Below are positions 36,841 to 45,605 of a stretch of DNA of 55,201 bases, piece after piece. Location of the stretch: NCBI GenBank assembly GCA_002869435.1, contig PKSX01000200.1, positions 1 to 55,201 on the forward strand, given 5' to 3'. A program made the translations under genes and the position numbers. The stretch's first letter is position 1; each line of letters begins with the position of its first letter. The DNA comes from Marinilabiliales bacterium (GTDB lineage Bacteria > Bacteroidota > Bacteroidia > Bacteroidales > DTU049). The notes beneath the pieces are model-generated. The model was not told where the DNA came from, searched no databases, and was given only the letters and a program-made list of their open reading frames with translations.

Positions 36841-38286
36841 TCAATATTGACTGAATGAATTAAAGAATCGTGTTTCTTCAGCAGTTTCACCATCGCTTCT
36901 GTTCACAACAAGCATGTAATAATACATGTTTCCGATGAAAGCAAATCTGTAGTGATAGCGGGCTCCGCTTTTCGTTCCGATAAGATCCTTAGCTGTTGTA
37001 CCACCAATGTTTACTGATATTACCTGTGGATTAGTCAGTTTGGTTTTGTATGAATTAATTTTACTATTAATTGTTTCGCTTCGTTTACTGCTGGTTACAT
37101 CATACTTATACTCGGTGACTCGTACCTGATATGTATGGCCGGAATGACTTAATGTATAATCGTAATAACCATAATACTGGTCACCGCTTGTTTCTTCATT
37201 GGGTGCTACAGGAAACTCTAGTCTGAGATTTGCTTTAGAAGAAGCAACTTTATACCAGTCAGAATTATCAACTGCTTCTCCGGTTTTAAATATTGCTGTT
37301 GTAGTTACTTCAAAAGCATCGCCATATGTTCTGAGAGCTACAGCCAGAGACTGTCCGTCAGGGCTGAACTTTAAACCGTTAATATCCGGGCCGTGTTTGT
37401 CCATGCTTTGTACGAGTGAGCCAGTGCTTACCTCCCACATTTTAAAAACGCAACTATGATCCATTCCTGCGCCAACAATATATTTGCCGTCAGGACTAAA
37501 GTCAACCGTAAGCACATAGCTTTCAAGTCCGCTTAAAGAGTGTACCTGATTGCCATTACTTGTATTCCAAATGGTGATTTCATCTTTACTTCCACCTGCA
37601 ATATATTGTCCGTCAGGGCTATATCCTAAAGAATTAATATCCAGACTATGAGGAATATATCTGTATTTATTTCCCGTAGAGACATCGTAAATCACAATTC
37701 CGGTTGATTCGTTGGCAAAACCGGCAGCTACGTATTTACCATCCGGGCTGTATGTTAAACACATAGGCAGCGAAGAATTACTCCCCTGAACAAATAGTGT
37801 TTTGACTTTTGCTTTAGTATCAGCATTATAAATTACTATGGCCTGTTTGTTATTAGGCAGGGCTCCAACAACAGCAAAATCATTATTCACCGGGCTGAAG
37901 CAAATATCTTCAACTGAATAAAAGTCTTTAATTGTATAAACAACCTGAAGGTTTTGAGCATTGTGAACTCTGATATTTTTATTGGAATAACCACCAGAAA
38001 CCAAAAGAGATCCATCATTATTAAGTGAAATATTGTGGATATTTCCATTGTTTTCGTCAGTAAATGAAAACAACTGTGATCCATTATCACCATTAAAAGC
38101 AATAATCTGATACGCACCACCACAACTGTAGAGTATTTTCCCATCCGGGCTGAATTCTACATCGTTAACTGTTGTTCGGTGGCCCTTGCATTCGGTATAA
38201 CTACTGGAAAATTGCAGGTGTTGTGCAAAAACGGAAGAAATTCCCGCAACCAATAGAAATGAAAAGATAAAACGTATGGTTTTCAT
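36841..38286 (-). CDS. Secreted WD40/beta-propeller repeat protein with an uncharacterised C-terminal domain of about 150 aa
   Basis: Signal peptide MKTIRFIFSFLLVAGISSVFAQ at the ATG at 38286. Repeated FSPDGK..A.G blades. The ORF-track start at 38361 adds 25 non-signal residues. Confidence 0.75.
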   Translation of the reverse strand: MKTIRFIFSFLLVAGISSVFAQHLQFSSSYTECKGHRTTVNDVEFSPDGKILYSCGGAYQIIAFNGDNGSQLFSFTDENNGNIHNISLNNDGSLLVSGGYSNKNIRVHNAQNLQVVYTIKDFYSVEDICFSPVNNDFAVVGALPNNKQAIVIYNADTKAKVKTLFVQGSNSSLPMCLTYSPDGKYVAAGFANESTGIVIYDVSTGNKYRYIPHSLDINSLGYSPDGQYIAGGSKDEITIWNTSNGNQVHSLSGLESYVLTVDFSPDGKYIVGAGMDHSCVFKMWEVSTGSLVQSMDKHGPDINGLKFSPDGQSLAVALRTYGDAFEVTTTAIFKTGEAVDNSDWYKVASSKANLRLEFPVAPNEETSGDQYYGYYDYTLSHSGHTYQVRVTEYKYDVTSSKRSETINSKINSYKTKLTNPQVISVNIGGTTAKDLIGTKSGARYHYRFAFIGNMYYYMLVVNRSDGETAEETRFFNSFSQY

Positions 38287-38304
38287 GATCAAAGTATTTT
38301 TGTG

Positions 38305-38312
38305 TAAAGGTA
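38305..38312 (-). promoter_or_regulatory. Near-consensus -7 box TACCTTTA
   Basis: The - strand reads TACCTTTA, one mismatch to TAnnTTTG, 19 nt upstream of the ATG at 38286. Confidence 0.25.
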
Positions 38313-38432
38313 AAAAATGATTTGCCAAAACTGTACCCAATGATACAATTTTGCAATTCAATTTGACAAAATTCGTAAATCTTTACAAGTTTTATTGAGT
38401 GTAAAGCCCTGGCATTAAATAAATAAGACTAA

Positions 38433-40274
38433 TTATTCTACTGTAACTGACTTTGCAAGATTTCGGGGCTGATCAACATTACAACCACGCATAACAGCAA
38501 TATGATATGCGAGTAACTGTAATGGAATAGTGGCGAGAATCGGAACTAAAAACTCTTCGGTTTCCGGAATTTCTATAACGAAATCACTAAGTTCTTTCAC
38601 TTGAGTATCACCCTCAGTTACAATAGAAATAATTTTTCCTTTACGGGCTTTAACTTCCTCAATATTAGAGAGTACTTTTTCATAAGTACCTCTGTTGGTG
38701 GCAATAACTACAACAGGCATTTCTTCATCGATGAGGGCAATTGGTCCGTGTTTCATTTCAGCTGCGGGATATCCTTCTGCATGTATATAACTTATTTCTT
38801 TAAGTTTTAATGCGCCCTCTAGGGCAACAGGATAATTATAGCCTCGACCAAGGTAAAGGAAGTTACGGCTATCTTTGAAGAGTTCGGCAATTTTAATTAT
38901 TTTCTCTTCTGTATTGGAGAGAATTGTTTTGATTTTATCCGGTATACGTTGTAATTCATTTAAAAACTGAACGTATTTTGACTTGTTTATGTTTCCTTTT
39001 TGGTGCCCAATCATTAAAGCCATCATTGTCAAAATAGTTACCTGAGCTGTAAAAGCTTTTGTGCTGGCTACACCTATTTCGGGACCGGCATGAGTATATG
39101 ACCCGGCATCGGTAGTACGTGCGATTGATGAGCCAACTACATTGCATACACCAAGTATAGTTGCTCCTTTCGCTTTTGCCAATTGTATGGCAGCCAGTGT
39201 ATCAGCCGTTTCACCTGATTGCGAAATAGCGATTACTATATCATTTTCATTAATTACCGGATTCCGATATCTGAATTCACTAGCATACTCTACTTCACAA
39301 TTTGTTCTTGACAGATCTTCAAAAAGATACTCACCCACCAATCCAGCATGCCATGATGTACCACAACCAATAATAATAATGCGGTTTACACTGGCAAGTT
39401 TTTGTACATAATCAATAATTCCACCCAGAGAAATAACACCCTTTTGCAGACTTAATCTTCCGCGCATGCTATCGTGAACAGAGTTGGGCTGTTCATTTAT
39501 TTCCTTCAGCATAAAATGCGGGTAACCACTTTTTTCCAGTGCAGATAAATTAAGTTCAAGTTTTTGAATATATGGGTTTTTATCCTTGTCTTTTATGGTT
39601 TTAAGTTTTAGCTCTTCACCCCGTTTAATGATGGCAATTTCTTCATCTTCGAGATAAACAACTTTTTTGGTAAATTCAACGATAGGTGTTGCATCTGATG
39701 CAATAAAAAACTCTTCGTCTCCAATACCAATAACAAGAGGGCTGCCTTTTTTAGCAGCAATGAGCATGTCGGGGTGATCTTGTGAAATAATAACAATGGC
39801 ATAAGCCCCAATAACCTGACTTAAAGCAAGTTGCACTGCTTTTTCGAGCTCAACATTTTCATTCACCATAATATCTTCAATCAGGTGAATCAGAACTTCA
39901 GTATCGGTAGTACTGTGAAATTCGTAACCCCGATTAATAAGCTCTTCTTTTAGTGTTGAATAGTTTTCAATGATACCATTGTGAATAATGGCAAGTTTTT
40001 CCGAAGGTGAAAAATGCGGATGTGCATTAATAATATTAGGTTCGCCATGAGTGGCCCAACGAGTATGTGCAATACCTACATTTCCTGTCAGATCTTCAGT
40101 TTTTATGCTGTCTTCAAGTTCGTGAACTTTTCCCTGTGCCTTGAAAACACGTACAGATCCATTTAGTAAAGCAACTCCGGCACTATCGTAACCCCTGTAT
40201 TCGAGTCGGTGTAAACCGTTTATTAATATCGGATACGCCTGTCTTGGCCCTATATATCCTACAATTCCGCACAT
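38433..40274 (-). CDS. glmS: Glutamine--fructose-6-phosphate aminotransferase (isomerising)
   Basis: MCGIVGYIG N-terminal nucleophile, two SIS domains, and the C-terminal ...NLAKSVTVE. Confidence 0.95.
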   Translation of the reverse strand: MCGIVGYIGPRQAYPILINGLHRLEYRGYDSAGVALLNGSVRVFKAQGKVHELEDSIKTEDLTGNVGIAHTRWATHGEPNIINAHPHFSPSEKLAIIHNGIIENYSTLKEELINRGYEFHSTTDTEVLIHLIEDIMVNENVELEKAVQLALSQVIGAYAIVIISQDHPDMLIAAKKGSPLVIGIGDEEFFIASDATPIVEFTKKVVYLEDEEIAIIKRGEELKLKTIKDKDKNPYIQKLELNLSALEKSGYPHFMLKEINEQPNSVHDSMRGRLSLQKGVISLGGIIDYVQKLASVNRIIIIGCGTSWHAGLVGEYLFEDLSRTNCEVEYASEFRYRNPVINENDIVIAISQSGETADTLAAIQLAKAKGATILGVCNVVGSSIARTTDAGSYTHAGPEIGVASTKAFTAQVTILTMMALMIGHQKGNINKSKYVQFLNELQRIPDKIKTILSNTEEKIIKIAELFKDSRNFLYLGRGYNYPVALEGALKLKEISYIHAEGYPAAEMKHGPIALIDEEMPVVVIATNRGTYEKVLSNIEEVKARKGKIISIVTEGDTQVKELSDFVIEIPETEEFLVPILATIPLQLLAYHIAVMRGCNVDQPRNLAKSVTVE

Positions 40275-40285
40275 AAAAACTGATT

Positions 40286-41608
40286 TTAATTCACAATAGT
40301 GTAAGCAATGTCAAGCTTCATTTTAGATGATAAATTTCCTGGTCCGTTTAAAATTACTCTGTTTCCGCGAACAGAAGAGCCGGAAACCATTAGATACAGA
40401 CCGAAATTTTCTTCGTTACCGATAATCAAATCCTGAATATATCGGGTAAGAGAAAATGTATATGCTTTCAAATCTTCGTCATATATTCCCCCAAACGATG
40501 ATTCGGAATAAATTTGATCAGGCAGAAACTGAAGTTCGCCTTCTTCATCAAGTTTTGCAAGAGTGAGTGTGACAGGTCTTTCGTAAATAGGTTCAAAAAA
40601 ATCTGATTCATCAACCGGAATAACTAAAGTAGCTTTGTTGATTACAATGGTACTGAGAATATCCATATCTTCAATGCCCGGGAATTGAATAAAAATTTTA
40701 CTACCGGCCATAGGTTGAAGATAAAGCTTATCTTGTCCCAATGCTGTGTCGCCACCCATTTGTGCAATATAATTGGCTTCTGCTCCCGAAAAACTATAAT
40801 GATTGAAATAATTGTATCTCGCACAAGCAGAATTGATTTCAAAAACATAGTCCAGTGTATCCGTATCAGTGCGATAATACATAGTAAGACATGTTGTTGT
40901 AGCTAACATATCAAATGAAATAAGAGAGCCACCAGATATATTGGTTGAAGGCACAACACAAATACCATGGAAGAAGTCTTCAAAAGTAGTGTTATCTGAA
41001 AGATAACCCATATCAGCAGCTGCAACAAAATCCTTGGCAAGATTCTTATCCAGCGTAATACGTACTTGTGGCTTTTTGATATCATTACCAACAGGAACAC
41101 TATCTTCCGGTGCAGGAACAAAGGTTTTGCTCCCCAACAAACGCCCCGTGTTGAATGGCATATTGCTATAATATGCACTGTCAATATAGAGCTGATCATC
41201 AAGTTGATACACAGAAAGTGTTGTGCGGTTATTGGTTTTATTGTTCACATATACGTCATAATACTCAAGACTAAGCACCAATGAATCAATGATGACATTA
41301 TTTCCAAATGTTACATCTTCTTCTGACAAACGAATTTGTGAGCAAAATGCAGCGTATACCGGCCCAAATACAGGATCTACATAATATCCTGCCAGGTTTC
41401 TTGAGGTTTCATCTGTACGAACACTATCTTCACGATCCGAAAAGGCAATAATCGGAATGGTGTCAATATGTTCAACATCAAGTAAATCAGAGGGTGGTTG
41501 TATGTCTAAGCCCAGCTGATCATCACTTTCACAAGAGATCATCAAAAATCCGATCAGAAGTATTATCAGGCTGGTTTTAATCAGTTTTACCAACATAGAA
41601 TGCGTCAC
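40286..41608 (-). CDS. DUF4270-type lipoprotein
   Basis: Lipobox LLIGFLMISCESDD, then LGLDIQPPSDLL...DPVFGPVYAAFCSQIRL. It sits immediately upstream of glmS, a pairing I recall as common in Bacteroidota. Confidence 0.65.
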   Translation of the reverse strand: MTHSMLVKLIKTSLIILLIGFLMISCESDDQLGLDIQPPSDLLDVEHIDTIPIIAFSDREDSVRTDETSRNLAGYYVDPVFGPVYAAFCSQIRLSEEDVTFGNNVIIDSLVLSLEYYDVYVNNKTNNRTTLSVYQLDDQLYIDSAYYSNMPFNTGRLLGSKTFVPAPEDSVPVGNDIKKPQVRITLDKNLAKDFVAAADMGYLSDNTTFEDFFHGICVVPSTNISGGSLISFDMLATTTCLTMYYRTDTDTLDYVFEINSACARYNYFNHYSFSGAEANYIAQMGGDTALGQDKLYLQPMAGSKIFIQFPGIEDMDILSTIVINKATLVIPVDESDFFEPIYERPVTLTLAKLDEEGELQFLPDQIYSESSFGGIYDEDLKAYTFSLTRYIQDLIIGNEENFGLYLMVSGSSVRGNRVILNGPGNLSSKMKLDIAYTIVN

Positions 41609-41763
41609 GTTTCTTTATTTAAGGGTGTAAAAGTACTGAATAAACTGCAAATGAAGATAAAAATTGTGTGAGCATCGGTATTGGAATTATTAATTCAATA
41701 ATTCTTTAAGTGCTTTGTTGTTGATTCAACATTTATGATACAATTTCATGCACGGAATTTTAC

Positions 41764-41771
41764 TAATTTTG
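41764..41771 (+). promoter_or_regulatory. -7 box TAATTTTG for glyQS
   Basis: Matches TAnnTTTG. Lies 19 nt upstream of the ATG at 41790. Confidence 0.35.
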
Positions 41772-41789
41772 CCATCAAACAAAGAAAGC

Positions 41790-43304
41790 ATGAGTGAAGA
41801 TATTTTTAAGAAGATTATTTCACACGCAAAGGAATATGGCTATATATTTCAGTCGTCGGAGATTTATGATGGGTTGAGCGCTGTATACGATTACGGACAA
41901 TACGGTTCTGAACTGAAAAACAATATACGCAATTACTGGTGGAAAAGCATGGTGCAGCATCACGAAAACATAGTTGGAATAGATGCTGCAATTTTTATGC
42001 ACCCAACAACCTGGAAAGCTTCGGGTCACGTTGATGCCTTTAATGATCCTATGATAGATAATAAGGACAGCAAAAAACGCTATCGCGCAGATGTTTTAAT
42101 AGAGGACTATGCAGAGAAACAAAGGCAAAAGGCTGAAAAAGAGATCACAAAAGCCAAGAAGCGTTTTGGGGATGATTTTGACGAAAAGCTCTATCGTGAA
42201 ACCAATCCTCGCGTAAAAGGATATCTTGATAAAGCCGATGAGGCTATTGATAAAATGGTAAAGAGTCTTGAAGCTGACGATCTGGCTGCTGTAAAACAAC
42301 TTATTGAAGACCTTGAAATAGCTTGTCCGATCAGTGGTTCGAGAAATTGGACTGATGTTCGACAGTTTAACCTCATGTTTGATACTAAAATGGGATCACT
42401 TAGTGAAGGTGCCGACAAGATATTTCTGCGCCCGGAAACCGCTCAGGGTATCTTCGTTAATTTTCTCAATGTAATGAAGACGGGTCGCATGAAAGTTCCG
42501 TTTGGAATTGCACAAACCGGAAAAGCTTTCAGAAATGAAATTGTTGCCCGTCAGTTCATCTTCCGCATGCGTGAATTTGAGCAGATGGAAATGCAGTTTT
42601 TTGTGAAACCCGGAACTGAAATGGAATGGTTTGAGTTTTGGAAGGAACAACGAATGGAGTGGCACAAAAAAATGGGATTTCCGGAAAGCAAATACCGTTG
42701 GCATGATCACGATAAATTGGCTCACTATGCCAATGCAGCTACTGATATTGAATTTGAATTTCCATTTGGATTTAAAGAACTGGAAGGTATTCACAGTCGT
42801 ACCGATTTCGATTTGGGTGCACATCAGAAATACAGTGGTAAGAAATTACAGTACTTCGATCCGGAATTGAACGAAAACTATGTTCCTTATGTTGTAGAAA
42901 CATCTATTGGCCTCGATCGTACTTTCCTGGCGGTGTTTAGTCACTCTTTACAAGATGAAAAGCTTGACGATGGTTCTGAGCGCACAGTTTTGAGATTACC
43001 AAAATTCCTGGCTCCAATTAAGGCGGCTATTTTACCATTGGTGAAAAAAGACGGAATGCCCGAAATGGCCCGAAGAATTTTTGATGATCTGAAAAATGAT
43101 TTCATGCTTCAGTATGATGAAAAAGATGCCATTGGTCGTCGCTACCGCCGTCAGGATGCTATTGGAACTCCGTTTTGTATTACGGTTGACAATGAGTCGC
43201 TTTCTGATAATGCAGTAACAATACGCGAGCGAGACAGTATGAAACAAGAACGAATTGCTATTGATAAACTGGCGGCATATCTGTTTGAACAACTTAAATA
43301 CTAA
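41790..43304 (+). CDS. glyQS: Glycine--tRNA ligase (dimeric class II type)
   Basis: [29 protein letters not shown]..., [23 protein letters not shown] and ETSIGLDR. The ORF-track start at 41748 adds 14 residues upstream of the -7 box-supported ATG. Confidence 0.9.
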   Translation: MSEDIFKKIISHAKEYGYIFQSSEIYDGLSAVYDYGQYGSELKNNIRNYWWKSMVQHHENIVGIDAAIFMHPTTWKASGHVDAFNDPMIDNKDSKKRYRADVLIEDYAEKQRQKAEKEITKAKKRFGDDFDEKLYRETNPRVKGYLDKADEAIDKMVKSLEADDLAAVKQLIEDLEIACPISGSRNWTDVRQFNLMFDTKMGSLSEGADKIFLRPETAQGIFVNFLNVMKTGRMKVPFGIAQTGKAFRNEIVARQFIFRMREFEQMEMQFFVKPGTEMEWFEFWKEQRMEWHKKMGFPESKYRWHDHDKLAHYANAATDIEFEFPFGFKELEGIHSRTDFDLGAHQKYSGKKLQYFDPELNENYVPYVVETSIGLDRTFLAVFSHSLQDEKLDDGSERTVLRLPKFLAPIKAAILPLVKKDGMPEMARRIFDDLKNDFMLQYDEKDAIGRRYRRQDAIGTPFCITVDNESLSDNAVTIRERDSMKQERIAIDKLAAYLFEQLKY

Positions 43305-43321
43305 CCTTTAAAACAATTAGT

Positions 43322-43501
43322 ATGGAAACCAAAGACAAAGTTTTTGAAACGATGAAAAAGGCAGATAAACCATTATCAGCCGGACAAATAGCCGATATTA
43401 GCGGCCTCGACAGAAAAGAAGTAGACAAAGCGATGAAAGATTTGAAAAAGGACGAAAGAATTGAGTCGCCAAAACGCTGTTATTGGCAGCCTAAGAAGTA
43501 A
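43322..43501 (+). CDS. 59-aa winged-helix DNA-binding protein (not in the ORF track)
   Basis: Own translation: [59 protein letters not shown]. It starts 17 nt after the glyQS stop and is followed by a strong hairpin. Confidence 0.6.
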   Translation: METKDKVFETMKKADKPLSAGQIADISGLDRKEVDKAMKDLKKDERIESPKRCYWQPKK

Positions 43502-43521
43502 TACTTCTTTCATCAATTTAT

Positions 43522-43566
43522 AAACGATGTTATCCTTAGCTTGTCGAAGGGTAACATCGTTTTGTA
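43522..43566 (+). terminator. Terminator hairpin after the small winged-helix gene
   Basis: Stem aaacgatgttatcc (43522-43535) / gggtaacatcgttt (43549-43562) with a perfect 10-bp core, followed by tttg. Confidence 0.55.
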
Positions 43567-43629
43567 TATTCCATAAAATACGCAAAGGAAAAATGTGTTA
43601 TTTTTACACTACTCATTGAGACTGTTATT

Positions 43630-45198
43630 ATGAAAAAATCTTATCAGGGCTTTATATACGGAGCATTACTTGCAATTGGCGTAATGCTTGGATATCTTCT
43701 TTCCGGTGGAAAATCCATACAGACTAATCAGAACTATGAATCGGAAGAGAAAATTTCTGAAGTAATATCTTTCTTGCTTGATAATTACGTTGATAGTGTT
43801 GATCATGAAGTTTTGATTCAGGATGCCATTACCGGAATGCTCGAAAAGCTTGATCCACACTCTGTATACATAACAAAGGAAGAATTTGATGCAGTAAATG
43901 ATCCGCTGATGGGTGAGTTTGAGGGAATTGGTGTTCAGTTTCGTATTGAACGGGATACTATTGTGGTCATTGATCCTATTCCCAACGGACCAAGTGATAA
44001 AAAAGGTGTTTTACCCGGTGACCGCATTGTAACTGTTGATGGTGAAAACGTGGCTGGAATTGGAATAGAGAATGAAGATGTTTTGCGGTTGCTGAAAGGA
44101 GAAAAAGGCACAAAAGTAATGGTGGGTATTTATCGCCGTGGTGTACATGGAATCACAGAATATGAAATTATTCGCGATGTTATTCCGCTGAACAGCCTTG
44201 AAGCTGCATTTATGATAGATAGTAAAAATGCCTATATAAAGTTAAACTCATTTTCTGCCACTACTTATGAAGAATTTAGAGTAGCTGCACTATCACTTCG
44301 TGACAGGGGTGCAATAAATCTGATTCTCGATCTGCGTGATAATGGTGGTGGTTTTTTAAGTGCTGCAGTTGACATTGCAGATGATTTTCTGCTGAAAGGT
44401 CAAACCATTGTATATACAGAGGGTTTGCACAGAAAGAAAAAGAACTATAAATCCCGTGGTAACGGAATATGGGAGGATGGACAGATAGTAGTGTTGGTAA
44501 ATGAGTTTTCAGCATCAGCCAGCGAGATTCTGGCAGGAGCTATTCAGGATAATGATCGTGGCTTTGTTGTGGGGCGTCGTACTTTTGGAAAAGGCCTTGT
44601 GCAGGAACAAATAGACCTTAAAGACGGATCGGCTATGCGAATTACTGTAGCCAGATATTATACTCCTTCTGGTCGCTGTATCCAAAGACCTTATGATAAA
44701 GGGGCAGAAGAATACTATCTTGATTTTTATAAAAATCTAATGCTAGATGATTCTGCTGCCTGGGAATATAATAATGCTAAAAACGATTCACTGAAATATA
44801 CAACTCTGAATGGCAGAACTGTTTATGGCGGCGGTGGCATTATTCCCGACTCTGTGGTAATGAAAGATTTTTTAATGCCTACCGGTATTCGTACCGAGTT
44901 ATTTGGATCCGGAAAGCTGTTTCAGGAAGTATTTGACTTTGTTGATAATAACAGACATGAATTGAATGCAAGATATCCAAATGTGCAAGTGTTCATGGCG
45001 GCCTTCACTGTTCCGGGATCTTTATACTCAGCAATTACATCAGGTATGAAATCCGATATTTCACCTTCAGACGGTAAAATAATTAGGCACTTTATTAAAG
45101 CCAATGTGGCCAGAGAAATGTTTGACTATGAAGCGTATTATCGTGTAACCTTATCAGATGATGAAGTGATAAAAACAGCTTTGTATTTATTGAGATAA
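43630..45198 (+). CDS. S41 family C-terminal processing peptidase with a PDZ domain
   Basis: N-terminal anchor, PDZ (GVLPGDRIVTVDG), S41 motifs LDLRDNGGG and NEFSASASEILAGAIQD, and the K of GKGLVQ. Confidence 0.85.
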   Translation: MKKSYQGFIYGALLAIGVMLGYLLSGGKSIQTNQNYESEEKISEVISFLLDNYVDSVDHEVLIQDAITGMLEKLDPHSVYITKEEFDAVNDPLMGEFEGIGVQFRIERDTIVVIDPIPNGPSDKKGVLPGDRIVTVDGENVAGIGIENEDVLRLLKGEKGTKVMVGIYRRGVHGITEYEIIRDVIPLNSLEAAFMIDSKNAYIKLNSFSATTYEEFRVAALSLRDRGAINLILDLRDNGGGFLSAAVDIADDFLLKGQTIVYTEGLHRKKKNYKSRGNGIWEDGQIVVLVNEFSASASEILAGAIQDNDRGFVVGRRTFGKGLVQEQIDLKDGSAMRITVARYYTPSGRCIQRPYDKGAEEYYLDFYKNLMLDDSAAWEYNNAKNDSLKYTTLNGRTVYGGGGIIPDSVVMKDFLMPTGIRTELFGSGKLFQEVFDFVDNNRHELNARYPNVQVFMAAFTVPGSLYSAITSGMKSDISPSDGKIIRHFIKANVAREMFDYEAYYRVTLSDDEVIKTALYLLR

Positions 45199-45257
45199 CT
45201 TCTCGTCGGGAGAGTAAAGAAACTAAGGAACTACGGATTAAAATTAAACAGTTTTAA

Positions 45258-45464
45258 TTACTCAACCGGAGCAACGGCAATACTATCCACGCCGACGGAA
45301 TCATTATTCAGAAAATCATTGGCAGCATCTACGGAACTGTTAATTGAAGTATCGCTTTTTATGGAATCGTCGAAATTATTCATTTCGTCTTTTTCTTCTT
45401 TGGTCATGCCACCACATGAAGCCAGTAAAAACGCAAGAGATGCTAATACAAACAGGTTTTTCAT
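45258..45464 (-). CDS. Small acidic lipoprotein (68 aa)
   Basis: MKNLFVLASLAFLLASCGG lipobox at the ATG at 45464, followed by a D/E/S/N-rich sequence. The ORF-track start at 45518 is unlikely. Confidence 0.55.
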   Translation of the reverse strand: MKNLFVLASLAFLLASCGGMTKEEKDEMNNFDDSIKSDTSINSSVDAANDFLNNDSVGVDSIAVAPVE

Positions 45465-45480
45465 GGTATAAAGCTTTGTA

Positions 45481-45488
45481 CAAAAGTA
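45481..45488 (-). promoter_or_regulatory. -7 box TACTTTTG for the small lipoprotein gene
   Basis: The - strand reads TACTTTTG, 17 nt upstream of the ATG at 45464. It is embedded in the 12-nt palindrome ctttgtacaaag. Confidence 0.3.
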
Positions 45489-45589
45489 AGATTTTTGATT
45501 TGTCTTCACAAATTCCATCGTAAAACGAAATTAATCTCAAAAAATTGGCTGTTTACCACAAAAATGCACCTGAATACTTATTTCTTCCG

Positions 45590-45597
45590 TACATTTG
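45590..45597 (+). promoter_or_regulatory. -7 box TACATTTG
   Basis: Matches TAnnTTTG. Lies 9 nt upstream of the ATG at 45606 and 15 nt upstream of the ATG at 45612. Confidence 0.25.
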
Positions 45598-45605
45598 TAA
45601 AAAAA

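Noticed and set aside
40275-40285. glmS ribozyme upstream of glmS
   Set aside because: Only 11 nt separate glmS from the upstream DUF4270 gene, which leaves no room for a ribozyme. The ribozyme is also mainly a Firmicutes feature.
41609-41789. T-box or glycine riboswitch leader upstream of glyQS
   Set aside because: A -7 box lies 19 nt from the ATG, which implies a very short leader. The spacer is AT-rich without the conserved T-box or glycine-riboswitch cores, and T-boxes are not expected in this phylum.
42396-42824. 142-aa antisense ORF inside glyQS, plus similar antisense ORFs at 309..740, 6104..6484, 7624..8007, 16493..16846, 5340..5651 and 11272..11583
   Set aside because: All lie fully inside well-supported genes on the opposite strand. 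They have low-complexity or hydrophobic junk-like translations and no recognisable motifs. These are typical shadow ORFs.
43376-43585. 69-aa minus-strand ORF after glyQS
   Set aside because: It is antisense to the much more protein-like 59-aa winged-helix ORF and spans that gene's terminator hairpin.
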